IMG/VR virus record: IMGVR_UViG_3300028591_000077
Reading direction: 5' to 3' (one strand)
DNA from: a virus
Taxonomy: Duplodnaviria > Heunggongvirae > Uroviricota > Caudoviricetes
Length of the DNA stretch: 64,000 nucleotides
Shown: positions 24,266-37,156 of the stretch, piece after piece
Position numbering within the stretch: position 1 is the first letter of the stretch
How the letters are laid out: each line of letters starts with the position of its first letter
Program-made: the position numbers and the translations under genes
Notes under the pieces: model-generated
Told to the model about the DNA's origin: nothing
What the model saw: the letters and a program-made list of their open reading frames with translations, nothing else
Database searches by the model: none

Positions 24266-25456
24266 ATGAAATACACTGGAACAAAATCAATCGGCATTAA
24301 GTTGCCTATTCTCAAAGAGGGAGATGACCTTGCTACTGAGGTGGTAAATTCTGTCATCAAAGCTTCAAAGAAGGAGCATTTTAAACTAAGGGACAGAGAC
24401 GTCATTGCAATTACAGAGTCAATCGTCGCTAGAACTTCTGGCGATTATATTACGGTAACAGATATAGCAGAGGATATTGAAAATAAAATCGGTAAAAATA
24501 AGTCTATTGGCTTGGTATTTCCAATTTTATCAAGAAACAGATTTTCGAATATCTTAAAGGGAATCGCACAAGGCGTAAAAAAGATTTATCTCGTTCTATC
24601 ATATCCTGCCGATGAAGTCGGCAACCATCTTATATCCGACGAAGCTTTATATAATAGCGGCGTTTCTCCAGTCAGCACCTTAACCGAAAAAGAATTCAAG
24701 TCAAAGTTCGGCGAACCAAAACATGAATTTACCGGCGTTAATTATGTAGAATACTATAAGGAAATTGCTGCGAGCAGAGATTGCAAATTAGAAGTTATAT
24801 TTTCTAATGACCCGACTGTTGTATTAAAATACGTAAAAACAGTTATCGCCGCGGACATTCACACCAGATACTTAACCAAAGCCAGATTAATGCGTGCCGG
24901 CGCGAATAAAGTCATTCTATTAAGTGATATTTGTTCAACTCCGATTGAAGGTAAACATTATAATTCAAAATATGGTTTACTTGGAACAAATAAGGTTTCT
25001 GAGTCTTCTTTAAAGCTTTTCCCAGAGCATGGTGAAGAATTAGTAAAGAAAGTTCAGGCAGAGATTCTAAGAAGAACCAAAAAGCATGTTGAAGTCATGG
25101 TCTATGGTGACGGTGCCTTCAAAGATCCACAAGGAAAGATTTGGGAACTTGCTGACCCAGTGGTCTCGCCGTTCCATACGGAAGGATTAAACGGAACACC
25201 TAATGAAATCAAATTAAAATACTTCGCCGACAACAAATTCAAAGAATTAAAAGGCAAAGAACTTACAAAGGCAATTAAAGAAGAAATTATCAAGAAAGAC
25301 AAAAACTTAAAAGGCACAATGGCTTCAGAAGGAACTACTCCAAGACAGCTAACAGACCTTCTTGGCTCGCTTGCCGACCTTACGTCAGGCTCTGGTGATA
25401 AAGGCACACCAGTAGTATTAATTCAAGGTTACTTTGATAATTATTCTAGTAAATAA
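24266..25456 (+). CDS. Coenzyme F420-0:gamma-glutamyl ligase (CofE)-family protein
   Basis: IKLPILKEGDDL, ITESIVAR, DGAFKD...ELADP, SLADLTSGSGDKGTPVV motifs. Confidence 0.8.
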   Translation: MKYTGTKSIGIKLPILKEGDDLATEVVNSVIKASKKEHFKLRDRDVIAITESIVARTSGDYITVTDIAEDIENKIGKNKSIGLVFPILSRNRFSNILKGIAQGVKKIYLVLSYPADEVGNHLISDEALYNSGVSPVSTLTEKEFKSKFGEPKHEFTGVNYVEYYKEIAASRDCKLEVIFSNDPTVVLKYVKTVIAADIHTRYLTKARLMRAGANKVILLSDICSTPIEGKHYNSKYGLLGTNKVSESSLKLFPEHGEELVKKVQAEILRRTKKHVEVMVYGDGAFKDPQGKIWELADPVVSPFHTEGLNGTPNEIKLKYFADNKFKELKGKELTKAIKEEIIKKDKNLKGTMASEGTTPRQLTDLLGSLADLTSGSGDKGTPVVLIQGYFDNYSSK

Positions 25457-25467
25457 AGGAGACTTCT

Positions 25468-26001
25468 ATGGGTTATAGAGAAGATTATGTAGACTATATC
25501 GATACTCATGTGGCCAACGTTAGGGCCGCATACGATTGGTTAATTCAGCACAGCATTGATGAAAAGGTTGATTTTGGTGATTTAGGAAAGTTAGAAACTC
25601 TTCTAAAAAACCACGACAAGTCAAAATGGGATGATGAAGAATTCGAGGCTTATGCCAAATATTTCTATCAAGGCAAAAAGAACAAGGCAGAGTTCGATAA
25701 GGCTTGGAATCATCATCAAAAAGCAAATCCCCACCATTGGCAATATTGGGTTTTATTAAAAGACAATCCAGATAAGCCATTCTACTGCATTCCAATGGAA
25801 CAAGAATACATTGTCGAAATGGTTTGTGACTGGTGGTCCTTTAGTTTTAAAACAGGCAATCTTTATGAAATCTTTGATTGGTATGATGAAAACAAGCCAA
25901 ATCAATTAATGCATGTTGATACAAGAAAAACAGTCGAACAGCTATTAAAGGAGATTAAAAAAGCTCTTGAAGCTGAAGAAAAAGAACAAGAATCTGAGTA
26001 A
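25468..26001 (+). CDS. HD-like protein (DUF5662-like)
   Basis: HDKSK ... AWNHHQKANPHHWQYW ... EMVCDW. Confidence 0.65.
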   Translation: MGYREDYVDYIDTHVANVRAAYDWLIQHSIDEKVDFGDLGKLETLLKNHDKSKWDDEEFEAYAKYFYQGKKNKAEFDKAWNHHQKANPHHWQYWVLLKDNPDKPFYCIPMEQEYIVEMVCDWWSFSFKTGNLYEIFDWYDENKPNQLMHVDTRKTVEQLLKEIKKALEAEEKEQESE

Positions 26002-26176
26002 TCAGGTTCTTTTTTTATTACCTTTTTATTGCTAAATTATAAGATATGGGTAGTATTATTTATTAATACACTCAAAAACGTGCTATATGGCGCACTTTAA
26101 AGGCTTATAGCAATTTTGTATTACTAGCAAAATAAAGTGTCCCAAATGGCTTAAAAATGAGTTTTAGGAGCATAAT

Positions 26177-26707
26177 ATGGAGAACGAAATCATTGCACAA
26201 TACAAACATGGAAAATATGGCACTTTTATGTTTAATTTATGTGCCAAATGGACTAAGTTTTTAGTCAAACACAGAATACTTTACTATTTCTTGGCATGCA
26301 CCTGGGGATTACTTGCAACCTTAATGGGCTGGATTTTAACTTTAATTCTTGGAATAGCTTGGCTATTTACTAAAAACATTTCATTCAAAAAATATATGTG
26401 GATTTATTCTATCTCAGTTGGTCCAGAATACTGGGGAGGCTTTGAAACAGGATTAATGTTTGTCAGAGACCAAAAATCTTGGGAAGCTCTTGATTGGCAT
26501 GAATGAGGACATACGTTCCAAAATTGTTTATTTGGTCCATTTATGTTCTTTTTAGTGTCAATTCCATCAGCAATTCGTTGGTGATATCAATGGTTTAGAG
26601 AAAAAGCCAGTAAAGAAAATAAGGCATATGATTCTATCTGGTTTGAAGACAGCGCTTCTATGTGCGGTAAATATGCAAAAGACTTTGTTAACAATAAATC
26701 AAGATAG
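26177..26707 (+). CDS. Membrane protein with HExxH motif (two TGA=Trp)
   Basis: Reads HE(TGA)GHTFQN and continues to TAG 26707. Confidence 0.8.
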
Positions 26708-26767
26708 AAATATTCGCTAAATTAATTGAGATATGGAGTCTCATGACTAAATGGAGGACAGAGCGAC

Positions 26768-27352
26768 ATGATTAATTTACCTGCTTTATTAATGGTTCTA
26801 AACTCTGCAGCTGATGCCAGCTCTGGTAGTTTAGAAGCATGAGCAATCGGCTTAATCACTCTTGCAATCAGCACTGCTGTAACGACTGCTGTTGGATTAA
26901 TTATTACAAGAGTAGTAAAAAAGCATTATAAAAAGAAAGACGAAGAAGCCGAAAGAGTAGCCGCAGAGCTCGCAGAATTAAAACAAAGACGAGAAAACGA
27001 AACTCGTGAAGCTATAAAACAAGACATGCAGCAAATAGTTGATAAAGCAATGGCCCCTGTAAATAAAAAGATCGATGTTTTGATGGATAAAGTATCAAAA
27101 ACTGAAGAGGGCACATTGTCTAGCTTAAGAAACGATATATTAACTTGTTATTATAGATGCGTTGAAAAAGGCTATAGAGGTGATTGAGATTATGAAAATA
27201 TTCACCACTTATTTGAGGCCTATGATGATTTACATGGTAACTCATTTGTCAAAGACGTTATGAAAAGATTTGATGATTTACCAACAAAAGAAGAATATTT
27301 AAAGCAGGAGGCTGAAGAGCTTACTGTTATGAATATTAAACCTAAAAAGTAA
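26768..27352 (+). CDS. Holin-like/phage membrane-anchored protein (two TGA=Trp)
   Basis: GGAGG RBS, single TM, LRNDI...KGY..D(TGA)DYEN...YDDLHGNS; absent from the track because of TGA. Confidence 0.75.
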
Positions 27353-27363
27353 AGGAGATAGTC

Positions 27364-27708
27364 ATGACATTAGAACAAATTTACTTGCTAGTCGAACTAA
27401 TTACAGCTTTAGTCGGCTTAATTGGAACAGGAATCGGCGCTTTCTTCGCAATTAAAGGTTTCATCAAAGCCTTTAAGGAAAAAGACGCAAAGCAAAAATG
27501 GGCTATGATCATGGAAATGGCTGACGCCGCAATCAAAGAAGCTGAGAAAACTGGTGCTTCCGGTGCAGACAAAAAGACCATGGTTATTGAATCTGTTAAG
27601 GCCGGTTGCAAAGCCGCTGGTTTAGAACTTGATGCATTTATTGAGCAACTCAGTGATTACATCGACCAAACCATTTCATTCGTTAACTCTTTTAACGGAA
27701 AGAAATAA
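27364..27708 (+). CDS. Holin-like protein
   Basis: N-terminal TM then AAIKEAEKTGASGADKK, as in LL-H-type holins. Confidence 0.6.
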   Translation: MTLEQIYLLVELITALVGLIGTGIGAFFAIKGFIKAFKEKDAKQKWAMIMEMADAAIKEAEKTGASGADKKTMVIESVKAGCKAAGLELDAFIEQLSDYIDQTISFVNSFNGKK

Positions 27709-27909
27709 TTAGCATAAAAACTTAAAAACTAAGCAAAAGCTTAGTTTTTTTATTTAAATTAAAATCGTATAATATAATACATAACGTATATATCTTTTAA
27801 ATATATATCTTATTTGCTAAATTAAAATGATAACTTCTTATGTTATTTAGGGTATGATATACTAATCTGACATTTTAGGTTAAATAAAATAAGGAGAGAA
27901 ATTTTTATT

Positions 27910-28818
27910 ATGGATGACATCTATACTGGATGGAAAAAATGGAGCCCAAACTCCGAAGAATGACTAGAACTTTATAATAATGGAACAGTTCCATTTAAGC
28001 TTAAGGAAAACCAATATTTAATAGTAAAAGTAGATGGCGGAAGCTCAACATTCTATTGTAATGAAGACGGTAAGTTAAGAAAATTTACTGGTGGTTCAAT
28101 TAAGACAATTAAAGACACTACTCCAGTATTATTAGAAGAGCAAAAACAAAAGCAAGAAGAAAATAGAAAACCTTCTGCTAAAAAATATTCCAAAGGTAAA
28201 AACATAGTCATTACCCCACGAAATGAAGAACAAGTTTGCGCCTTTGACCTCATGAAAGATCCTACGAAAACTGTTAAATTATTGACAGGAACTTGGGGCA
28301 CTGGCAAAACATTAATCCTTGTTTCAGCGGCCTTAGAAGCATTAAAGCAAGGAAGGTTCGAAAGAATCGTTTGGATTAGAAATAACGTCGACGTAAAAGA
28401 TACAAAAGATTTAGGCGCTTTACCTGGTGAGGTAATTGATAAATTATTACCATTTTTAGGACCTTTTATCGACCACGCCGGTGAGAATAGCGTTAGAACA
28501 ATGCTTAATAAAGGCTCACTAGTTGTCGAACCTCTTCAATCTCTTAGAGGTAGAAATTTTAGCAATACACTTATTATGTGTTCAGAAGCAGAGAACTTAA
28601 CGAAAGAGCATATTCAGTTGATTATCGCTCGTGCCGCAGAAGGCAGTGAGGTTTGATTCGATGCAGATAATAGACAAAGAGATAAAGCCTCATTCGAAAA
28701 GTCGCGAGGCATCGAGACTTTAATAGAAAGATTCGCAGGCCAAAAGCTTTTCGGTTACGTTCACTTAGTTAAGTCGGAGCGTTCTGAAACAGCTGCTATG
28801 GCGGATTTATTAAATTAA
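27910..28818 (+). CDS. phoH: PhoH-family ATPase (two TGA=Trp)
   Basis: GTWGTGKT P-loop, RGRNF, SEAENLT; C-terminal ERSETA motif appears only after TGA read-through. Confidence 0.9.
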
Positions 28819-28830
28819 GGAGATGATACT

Positions 28831-29505
28831 ATGAGTTTAGTCGTGGCGGTCAAGCATAAAAATAGAATAGTGTTAGGTGCCGATAAGCAATCAAGCACTG
28901 GCGGAAACAAAAACCATACCAGCACTAAAATTTGGGAAGTTCCCGGATTGCCTGGTGCAATTATGGGAAGCGTTGGTTCATTAAGGGCTTCACAGGTCAT
29001 TCAATATTCTAATATAATCGATAAGAATTGTATAGATAAAGAAATAGATACTGATTTTGTTATTTGTTCATTAGGCCCAGTTATTGCGGCTACTTTAAAA
29101 GAAGCTGGAATTAAATTTGAGTTAGAAGATGAAGGAAATTGTCCTTTAATGCCAAACTCATTCATATTTGCTTATAAAGATAGGGCTTGGATGATTTGGT
29201 GTGATCTTAGCGTCTCTGAAATTGATGATTATCTGGCTATCGGCTCTGGCTCTGATGTTGCTAAGGGTGTTTTATTTGCAACGCCTACTAAGAATCCGTT
29301 TGAACGAATTGTGACTAGCATTGAAGCTGCTGCAGAAAATACGCTATTCGTAGATGATGGAATTGACTTATTAATGACAGAAACAAGGGCAGCAGATAAA
29401 AAGCAAATAGTTAAAGCTTTACAGCTAGAAGACGAGATTAAAAAACTCGAAGATGAGCTAAAAGGTAAAGCTGAGGATACAGTAGAAGAAACTACTGCAG
29501 AGTAA
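28831..29505 (+). CDS. Ntn-hydrolase, HslV/proteasome-beta-like protease
   Basis: N-terminal (M)SLVVA..LGADK..., AIGSGS..A.G. Confidence 0.7.
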   Translation: MSLVVAVKHKNRIVLGADKQSSTGGNKNHTSTKIWEVPGLPGAIMGSVGSLRASQVIQYSNIIDKNCIDKEIDTDFVICSLGPVIAATLKEAGIKFELEDEGNCPLMPNSFIFAYKDRAWMIWCDLSVSEIDDYLAIGSGSDVAKGVLFATPTKNPFERIVTSIEAAAENTLFVDDGIDLLMTETRAADKKQIVKALQLEDEIKKLEDELKGKAEDTVEETTAE

Positions 29506-29608
29506 CTAAATAAAAAAATGGCTACAACTATTTGTAGCCATTTTTATTTTAATAAAAATATGCTAAATTATATGACCTGCTGTTAAAGCGGTAAATAAAA
29601 AAGGAGAA

Positions 29609-30085
29609 TTGGGATCAATGAAAGACATGTTTTATAACTATGATCATAATATAAAGCAAGAAATTTATCCTATGCCACCACTAGATACAGCTAATAGACT
29701 AAATAATTGCAGCGCTGCAAAAATTCTTACTAACGTTAAGGGTGATGAGTTAGGCATTGCTGCAAAAATCAATTCAAAGTTTTACTTATATTTTAGCGTT
29801 TGGGGAGAAGTAATAGACGATGATAGCCCATTTGCTTCCGAAACCTTAAGAGAAGTATTAGAAAATGCAGTTCTTCATTTTGATGTTTTAGATTCAAAAC
29901 GTGAAGTAGTTGCTTCTTTTGAGCCAGAACTTTGTGAGTATGCCAATGAAATTAGGGTAAAGGTTTATACTTCTGAAGAAGGTCCATTAAAGTATGGTGT
30001 ATATAGAATGCATTTATATTTTGAAAATGAAGAAGGAATCTATACACTTTTTTCAGAAGAAGATGGAATATTAAGTATAGAATAG
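29609..30085 (+). CDS. Hypothetical virion-module protein
   Basis: First gene after a GCTAAATT motif, AGGAG RBS. Confidence 0.65.
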   Translation: MGSMKDMFYNYDHNIKQEIYPMPPLDTANRLNNCSAAKILTNVKGDELGIAAKINSKFYLYFSVWGEVIDDDSPFASETLREVLENAVLHFDVLDSKREVVASFEPELCEYANEIRVKVYTSEEGPLKYGVYRMHLYFENEEGIYTLFSEEDGILSIE

Positions 30086-30094
30086 GAGAATAAT

Positions 30095-30628
30095 ATGGGC
30101 AATAATTATCATATACACACTACATTAAAGTTAACACCTGCGGATTTTGGACATGTTCATTGTTATTCAACTGTAATGCGCGGAGCGTCTGCAGAATTCC
30201 TTTTTGACTTTGCTAAATATTCTTATTTAAAGTCTAGTTTAGGTGAACCTTGGTATCAATATATTGAACAAATGACATTTATCTTTAAACATAAAGATGA
30301 AGCACCAATTTATTTTAAGCTATTTAAAGATAGAAAATCAGAGTGGACTGAGCCTGTTGAAGATGAATTAGAGGATCATTTCGCTTATGATGCTGAGCGT
30401 GATTGCATTAGTTTATTACTTAGTGGCACAGAAACCGCTTCTTGGGAATTAGCCACAAGAGATGAACCTGTAGAATTTGAGATTGCAATTGATGCAGATA
30501 CATATATGGCACAAATTCATCATAAGATCTTAAAACAGGGAGCAGATGCGATTATAATTGAAAAACAAGATCCTATTATAGTAGTTGATAGCCTTTATAG
30601 AGAAATACTTCCACAAGGAGATAACTAA
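30095..30628 (+). CDS. Hypothetical virion-module protein
   Basis: RBS, operon context. Confidence 0.7.
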   Translation: MGNNYHIHTTLKLTPADFGHVHCYSTVMRGASAEFLFDFAKYSYLKSSLGEPWYQYIEQMTFIFKHKDEAPIYFKLFKDRKSEWTEPVEDELEDHFAYDAERDCISLLLSGTETASWELATRDEPVEFEIAIDADTYMAQIHHKILKQGADAIIIEKQDPIIVVDSLYREILPQGDN

Positions 30629-30978
30629 TGGTCGGGCGCGTAGTCAATGTAACCAGAGGTGATTCGTGCTATATTACTGCACAGATATTGGACGAGACAA
30701 GTAATGAGATTTATTATTTGTCCGATGAGGATGTTGCTTACTTTGGGGTCATGGATGCAAATCAAAAATTTGAAGATGCATTAATTAAAAAAAGATTGAC
30801 AAAAGAAAATATGGCAGAAGATGGCACATTATTAATATATTTTACGCCATCAGATACTGTAGAGTTAATTCCAGGAGTATATTGGTATTCGCTGAAGTTA
30901 CATAAAATAAAAAAAGATGCTAAAATAGATAGAGTAGAAACTATCGTAGCAAATACAAAATTTATTATTAATGATTAA
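30628..30978 (+). CDS. Baseplate-associated (BppU-N-like) protein
   Basis: VTRGDS...F.PSDT..L.PG.YWY pattern typical of tail adaptor domains. Confidence 0.45.
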   Translation: MVGRVVNVTRGDSCYITAQILDETSNEIYYLSDEDVAYFGVMDANQKFEDALIKKRLTKENMAEDGTLLIYFTPSDTVELIPGVYWYSLKLHKIKKDAKIDRVETIVANTKFIIND

Positions 30979-30992
30979 AAAAGGAGAACATT

Positions 30993-33074
30993 ATGGGAGC
31001 TGATAGTATTGATAATATTAAGCTTAAAATTCTTGAGGATAAATTAAGAACTGATTTAGCCCCAAAACCACACCTTTTAGAAGAAATTGAAAACATTCCA
31101 GAAGGTTCATTGATGTATATCGGCACAGAAGACGGCGGGTTGTATAAAGCAGCCGTAGATGAATTTTGTGCAAAATGGATGTTAAGTCCTACTGGAACTT
31201 TTAGTATTTACATCGATGAAGCTACTCATACTTGGCATATTCGAGATACTGAAACCGGCGAAGTTCATGATACTGGCGTTGTAGCCATTGGTCGTCAAGG
31301 ACCAATTGGTGCACAAGGTCCACAAGGACTTTCTGGTTTATCTGCTTATGAAATTGCTGTTTCAGAAGGTTATGAAGGAACAGAGGAAGAATGGATTGCC
31401 TCATTAAAAGGTGAAGTTGGACTAACCGGTGCAATGGGACCTACAGGTCCTAGAGGCGAGACCGGACGTCCAGGCTTTACTGGTCAACAAGGACCTACTG
31501 GTCCTCAAGGCGATATTGGACCAACAGGTCCACAAGGTCTTAAAGGTGACCAAGGTGCTAGAGGCGCAACAGGTGCTACCGGTGAAAGAGGTGCTGATGG
31601 AGATATTGGACCAACCGGTCCACAAGGTGAACGTGGTATTCAAGGCCCACAAGGTAAGGTCGGACCTACTGGCCCACAAGGCTTGCAAGGTATCCAAGGC
31701 CCAACAGGTCCAATAGGACCTACTGGTTTGCAAGGTGAGCCTGGTTCAGCTGGTTTAAATGGTAGTTCTTTGATTTTAGACTGGAATGAGCCATACAGTG
31801 AATTAGGAACAGACGATGATTCCTATATCGATGCAAGAACATATAATTTATATAAAAAGCAAAACGGTTCATGGGGTGAGCCTATCGGTAATATAAGAGG
31901 TCCTGAAGGCCCTACAGGCACAACAGGTCCTACAGGTGAACGTGGCGCTACCGGTCCAGCCGGTGCTAATGGTACAGATGGACAAAACGGTACAGACGGC
32001 AAATCAGCCTATGAAATCGCTAAAGAACATGATCCAAGCATTGGAACTGAAGACGAATGGCTAGCCTCATTAAAAGGCACAGATGGTCTTGACGGCCAAG
32101 ACGGTGCTCCTGGCGAAATTGGACCTACTGGTCCTCGCGGTACTTCAATGGTATCAGGAGACAGAGTTCCATATGAAATCGATGGTAACGTCGGTGATAC
32201 ATGGTTAGACACAACTACTGGTGATTTATATTATAAACGTGATAATACCACATGGATAAAACAAAACGGAAACCTAAAGGGCCCTACAGGAGAAGCTGGT
32301 ACTCCAGGTAATGTCGGACCTACCGGTGCAAATGGTATTACTCCAGCAATTGGCTATAATGGAAACTGGTGGTTTGATGGTGTAGATACTGGAGTTTCTG
32401 CTACTGGACCTACTGGAGAAGCTGGTCCTGTCGGAGCAAAAGGTGATAAAGGTGATAAAGGTGACCGTGGTGACCAAGGCGAAGCAGGCCAAAACGGTAA
32501 AGATGGTGTAGATGGCACTAATGGAACTAACTTTATTGCTGGAACCGGTGAACCAAGCAAAGACGTTGGTGGTATCGGTGATACATATTTAGATAAAGAA
32601 ACTGGTATTTTATATACTAAGAGCAATGGCGTTGCTGGTTGGTATGCAAATGGTTCACTTGGTACTGTTAGAATGCTTTATTCAGGTGGCAGAGAAAATA
32701 TTATTCCATTTAGCGCATTACCAACAGATTGTAATAGTGCAGTAAAATTATTGCAATATAAAACTATAATTCTTACATTCTGGCATAAAGATGCTTCACC
32801 TCAAAGAATTTTCTCTGTATCTGTCCCAACAAGTGTATTATTTGGATTATCCTCGTCTGTAAGAGCGGTTCATTGTGCTGTTACTGCCCACTATACTAAT
32901 ATGTCAAGCCAAGAAGAGCTTCAAGTTGGTGATGCTATTGTATATGCTGTTGATAATGATGGTGGTATTGGTATTTCATTCTATCCATTCTATTGCACAA
33001 ATTACAGTGGCATGCACTGGAGCTCTGGTGGATTTACAGCTACATGGATTCAAGAAGTTTTAGGAGTTAGATAA
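30993..33074 (+). CDS. Collagen-like tail fibre
   Basis: Long Gly-X-Y (GPTG) runs, SAYEIA motif. Confidence 0.85.
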   Translation: MGADSIDNIKLKILEDKLRTDLAPKPHLLEEIENIPEGSLMYIGTEDGGLYKAAVDEFCAKWMLSPTGTFSIYIDEATHTWHIRDTETGEVHDTGVVAIGRQGPIGAQGPQGLSGLSAYEIAVSEGYEGTEEEWIASLKGEVGLTGAMGPTGPRGETGRPGFTGQQGPTGPQGDIGPTGPQGLKGDQGARGATGATGERGADGDIGPTGPQGERGIQGPQGKVGPTGPQGLQGIQGPTGPIGPTGLQGEPGSAGLNGSSLILDWNEPYSELGTDDDSYIDARTYNLYKKQNGSWGEPIGNIRGPEGPTGTTGPTGERGATGPAGANGTDGQNGTDGKSAYEIAKEHDPSIGTEDEWLASLKGTDGLDGQDGAPGEIGPTGPRGTSMVSGDRVPYEIDGNVGDTWLDTTTGDLYYKRDNTTWIKQNGNLKGPTGEAGTPGNVGPTGANGITPAIGYNGNWWFDGVDTGVSATGPTGEAGPVGAKGDKGDKGDRGDQGEAGQNGKDGVDGTNGTNFIAGTGEPSKDVGGIGDTYLDKETGILYTKSNGVAGWYANGSLGTVRMLYSGGRENIIPFSALPTDCNSAVKLLQYKTIILTFWHKDASPQRIFSVSVPTSVLFGLSSSVRAVHCAVTAHYTNMSSQEELQVGDAIVYAVDNDGGIGISFYPFYCTNYSGMHWSSGGFTATWIQEVLGVR

Positions 33075-33075
33075 T

Positions 33076-33450
33076 ATGAAAGTAAATTATATCTTAGAAA
33101 ATGGCTATATTGTAGCTTATACCGCAGTGCCATTTAATTCTGCAAAACCAAGTATTGAAATTAGTGAAGAAGATATTAAATATCTTATGACTAAGAAATG
33201 CAAAGTATTAAAAGGCCATTTAGACAGAAAAGAAGCCGAAGAATATCTAGCCGAAAAAGAAAAAGTTAGTAGTTATAAAGCCGAACTTCTTGGATTAGAA
33301 GCCTGGTTTAAGTGCTATGACGAAAAAACAGCTCAATACACTAGACATATTAGATTATATGGTACTTCTGATATTGATATCGCTGAGTTAGATAAGCAAG
33401 CAGAAGTAAATGCAGCCAGAATTAAAGAGCTTAAGGGCTTGTTAAAATAA
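33076..33450 (+). CDS. Tail-fibre assembly-like protein
   Basis: Follows a fibre gene; resembles 45785 and 47691. Confidence 0.55.
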   Translation: MKVNYILENGYIVAYTAVPFNSAKPSIEISEEDIKYLMTKKCKVLKGHLDRKEAEEYLAEKEKVSSYKAELLGLEAWFKCYDEKTAQYTRHIRLYGTSDIDIAELDKQAEVNAARIKELKGLLK

Positions 33451-33575
33451 GATTATTTAATTAAAAAAATAAAATAGCAAAATATTATTATGGTATTTTG
33501 CTTTTTTATTTGCTAAATTATATGATAAAATTGCGATTGTTGTTAGCTAATTTTTAATAAAGGAGATTGTTGGAT

Positions 33576-36500
33576 ATGCCAAAAATGCCATGAAGAAATA
33601 ATAATTTTGCGCCAAATGTGGTTCAAAGTACTAGCGAAAGCATTAAGTTTAAAGTTTTAGAGGATAGACTTAAAGCTGAATTAGCACCAAGAGATTTAGA
33701 AAATAATTTAATTTTAATTGATGCTATTACTGATGGTGCTTATATTTATATTTATGACAATACTGAACAGAATGTCAAAAATAAATTAAAAAAGATTAAA
33801 ATTGATGATGTAACAGAATCTGTTAGAGAAACCATAGAGAAAAAAATCGATGAATTTGCTCTAAGATTTAAAATTGTTACGTCTTTACCAACCCCAGCTA
33901 AAGTTGAAAAAAATGTAGTCTATTTATTAAGAGTAGCTAATCCAAGTGCCGAAGTCGACAAAGACGGTTTTAATAATTATGATGAATATCTCTGGGTTAA
34001 TAATGATTGGGAAAGATTTGGCTCTGCAAAAATTGACCTTTCAGCTTACAGAAAAGCCGCAGACCAAGATGTAATCGACAATCAGCTTAAAGCAAGAGTA
34101 ACACATCTCGAAGCTAATTATATTGATAAAAGTAAAATTGCTGACAATACAACAACAGACGATGGCTCTAAAGTTTTATCTGCAAGACAAGGCAAAAACC
34201 TTAATTCTGCAATTAATTCTGAAATTAATAGAGCTAGCTTAGAAGAAACTAATATTAAAACAACAATTTCAAACGAAGTCACAAGAGCAACAAATAAAGA
34301 AGCTTTATTAGAAACAGCTATTTCTGATGAGGCCCGCGCAAGAGAAGCCGCTGATGTTGATTTACAACAACAAATTGACGCTCTTACATCAAAGTCAGAC
34401 GTTGTTGATGTTGTTGCTACTAAAGCCGCTCTTGAAGCCTATGATACAACTGGTTTAAATGATAAAGATATTATCAAAGTTTTAGCCGATGAGTCTATTG
34501 AGGGACATCCAACTGCTTATTATAGATGGAGAATCTTATTAGGCGGAGAAAATCATTGGGAATTCATCGGTTCTATTGAATCTTATTATACAGTTGGTGA
34601 AACTGATGCTTTATTAGCACAAAAACAAGATGTACTTATTGGTAAGCTTGGTGTTGTTGGACAAAATATTAAAACCATTAACGGCTATAGTATTTTAGGT
34701 TCAGGAAACATTGAAACTGCCGAAGGTGCACGAGGTCCTCAAGGTCCAAGAGGAAAAATTTATACTACAACAAGTACAGCCCAACCATCATGGGAAAATG
34801 TTTGGGTTTATTATTCAGATATTATCAACTATCATCCGGAAGATGGTGATGTAATTGCTATTGGTGATGTAGTTTTATTTAGTAATGCCGTCTATGCATT
34901 TGTTAAGGAAGCTATGCCTACTTACGTTGTGTTAGACGTTATTCACACATTATCTGGTCCTGTCGGTCCAACAGGAGCTACCGGTGCTACTGGTGCTCAA
35001 GGTGACATTGGTCCAACAGGAGCTAAAGGAGACATTGGAGCAATAGGTCCTACTGGTGATATCGGTCCTACCGGTGCACGTGGTGCTGTAGGTCCTACCG
35101 GTGAGATTGGTCCTACCGGTGCAGCTCTTACATATGAAGATCTTACTCCAGAACAAAAAGCAGAATTAGTTGGTCCTACAGGCGCAACCGGTAATATTGG
35201 TCCAACTGGTTTAACTGGTGCAATAGGCCCAACAGGCCCTCAAGGCCCTATAGGTCCTGCAGGTAAAAACGCTAAACAATACTCAACTACTGATACTACC
35301 GTAGAAGGCTATGAAAATGTTTGGGTATATTTTGCTAATATTATAAATTATGATACATCTATTGCTGTAGGTGACGTGATTGTATTTAGTAACGCTAATT
35401 ATGGCATTATTTCAAGTATAGCCGAAGATCATGTTGTAATCTCTATAGCAATTTCAATGAGAGGCCCAACAGGCCCTCAAGGCCCACAAGGTATACAAGG
35501 TCCTACTGGTGACACCGGTATTCAAGGTCCTACAGGTATTTCTATTATATCTGTAACTAAGGTTGGAACTGCTGATTTAATTGATACTTATAGAATTACG
35601 TTCTCAAATGACAGTACTTTTGATTATACGGTAACCAATGGTGCTGCAGGTAATGTTGGCCCAATTGGTCCTACAGGACAAACAGGTGCCACAGGCACTA
35701 CACCTCATATCGGGGCAAATGGTACTTGGTGGATTGGATCTACCGACACTGGTGTTAAAGCACAAGGTCCTGCCGGTTCAAATGGTGCTAAAGGTGATAC
35801 AGGCCCAACCGGTCCTACCGGGGATGCAGGCGCAGACGGTAAAGAAGGTCCTACAGGTCCACAAGGTTTAGTAGGCCCAACCGGTGCGACTGGTATTCAA
35901 GGTCCTACTGGTCCTACAGGTGAGTCTGGAAAAGTTGGTCCTACTGGCCCAACTGGACCACAAGGAATTGAGGGTAAAGAAGGTCCTACCGGAGCTAAAG
36001 GCGATGCTGGTGAGGCTGGTCCTACAGGTCCAACAGGCTCTGTCGGTCCACAAGGTGAAATCGGGCCTACAGGCGCTAAAGGCGATAAAGGTGATGCTGG
36101 TCCAATTGGTCCTACAGGTATTCAAGGTGACTTAGGTCCTACAGGACCACAAGGCATTCAAGGTCCAACAGGTGCTCCAGGCTTAACAACTTCCATCAAG
36201 CTTGGCGAAGCTGGTTCAACTTATACTCAAGTTAATGGATTAATTACTTTACCAGCATATCCAGATATTTCTGGAAAACAAAACATAAGCTCATTAGAAG
36301 CTGATGTTCTTGCTTTACACTTTACTCAAAATGCTGTAACTGAGATTCTTATGAACAATCAGACGGTTAGCGTTATAAATGGTATTGCAAATCTCGGCAC
36401 AGTCATTACTGCTCATCAAGACTTATCTTCAAAACAAGATAAAATTGATGCAACACACAAGCTTTCGTATACATTATTATCAGATACGCCTACAATTCCA

Positions 36501-37136
36501 GAAGCACCAGTTCAAGCTGACTGGAATGAAACTGATAGCAGCGAATTAAGCTATATTAAAAATAAACCAACTATTCCAGCTGCACAAATTCAAAGTGACT
36601 GGAATCAATCAGACAATACTAAATTAGATTATATTAAAAATAAACCAACAATTCCAGTAACTGATGTTCAAGTTAATGGTGTCTCTGTTGTAACAAGCAC
36701 AGTAGCTAATGTCGATCTTTCTGGCAAGCAAAATAACTTAACCACAAGCTCTGTAACTTCTGGCACACCTACTTCTGTAATCGGTTTTGACAGCCAAGGC
36801 GGTTTAGTAAGAGGCGAATTTGCAGTAAATCCAGTGCAAGATTTAACAAGCGTTGATTTGTTTACTGTCGTTAGCTCTGACTGGGAAACTTTAAAAACTA
36901 CCCACTACAAAGTTATTGAAAACGTAGTATTAACTGGTTTGGATTCTACAAAGGAATTTGTAAATACAAGCTGCACTATTAATGCTGCAACTCATAACTT
37001 TAAGTTGAATAAAAATACAACAAATAAATACACTGGTTTATTCTTCGTGCCAGACAGTACACATTTATATGAATTAGCTGTTTACTTTGACGCAGCTACG
37101 AATACAGTTGTAGTAAGAAGCGCAACAATTTATTAA
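33576..37136 (+). CDS. Large collagen-like tail fibre (TGA=Trp at codon 6)
   Basis: AAGGAG RBS precedes ATG 33576, in frame with the 1172-aa ORF; GPTG repeats, QADWN..D..YIKNKP motifs. Confidence 0.85.
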
Positions 37137-37156
37137 TAGGTAGGAGGTAATAAAAT

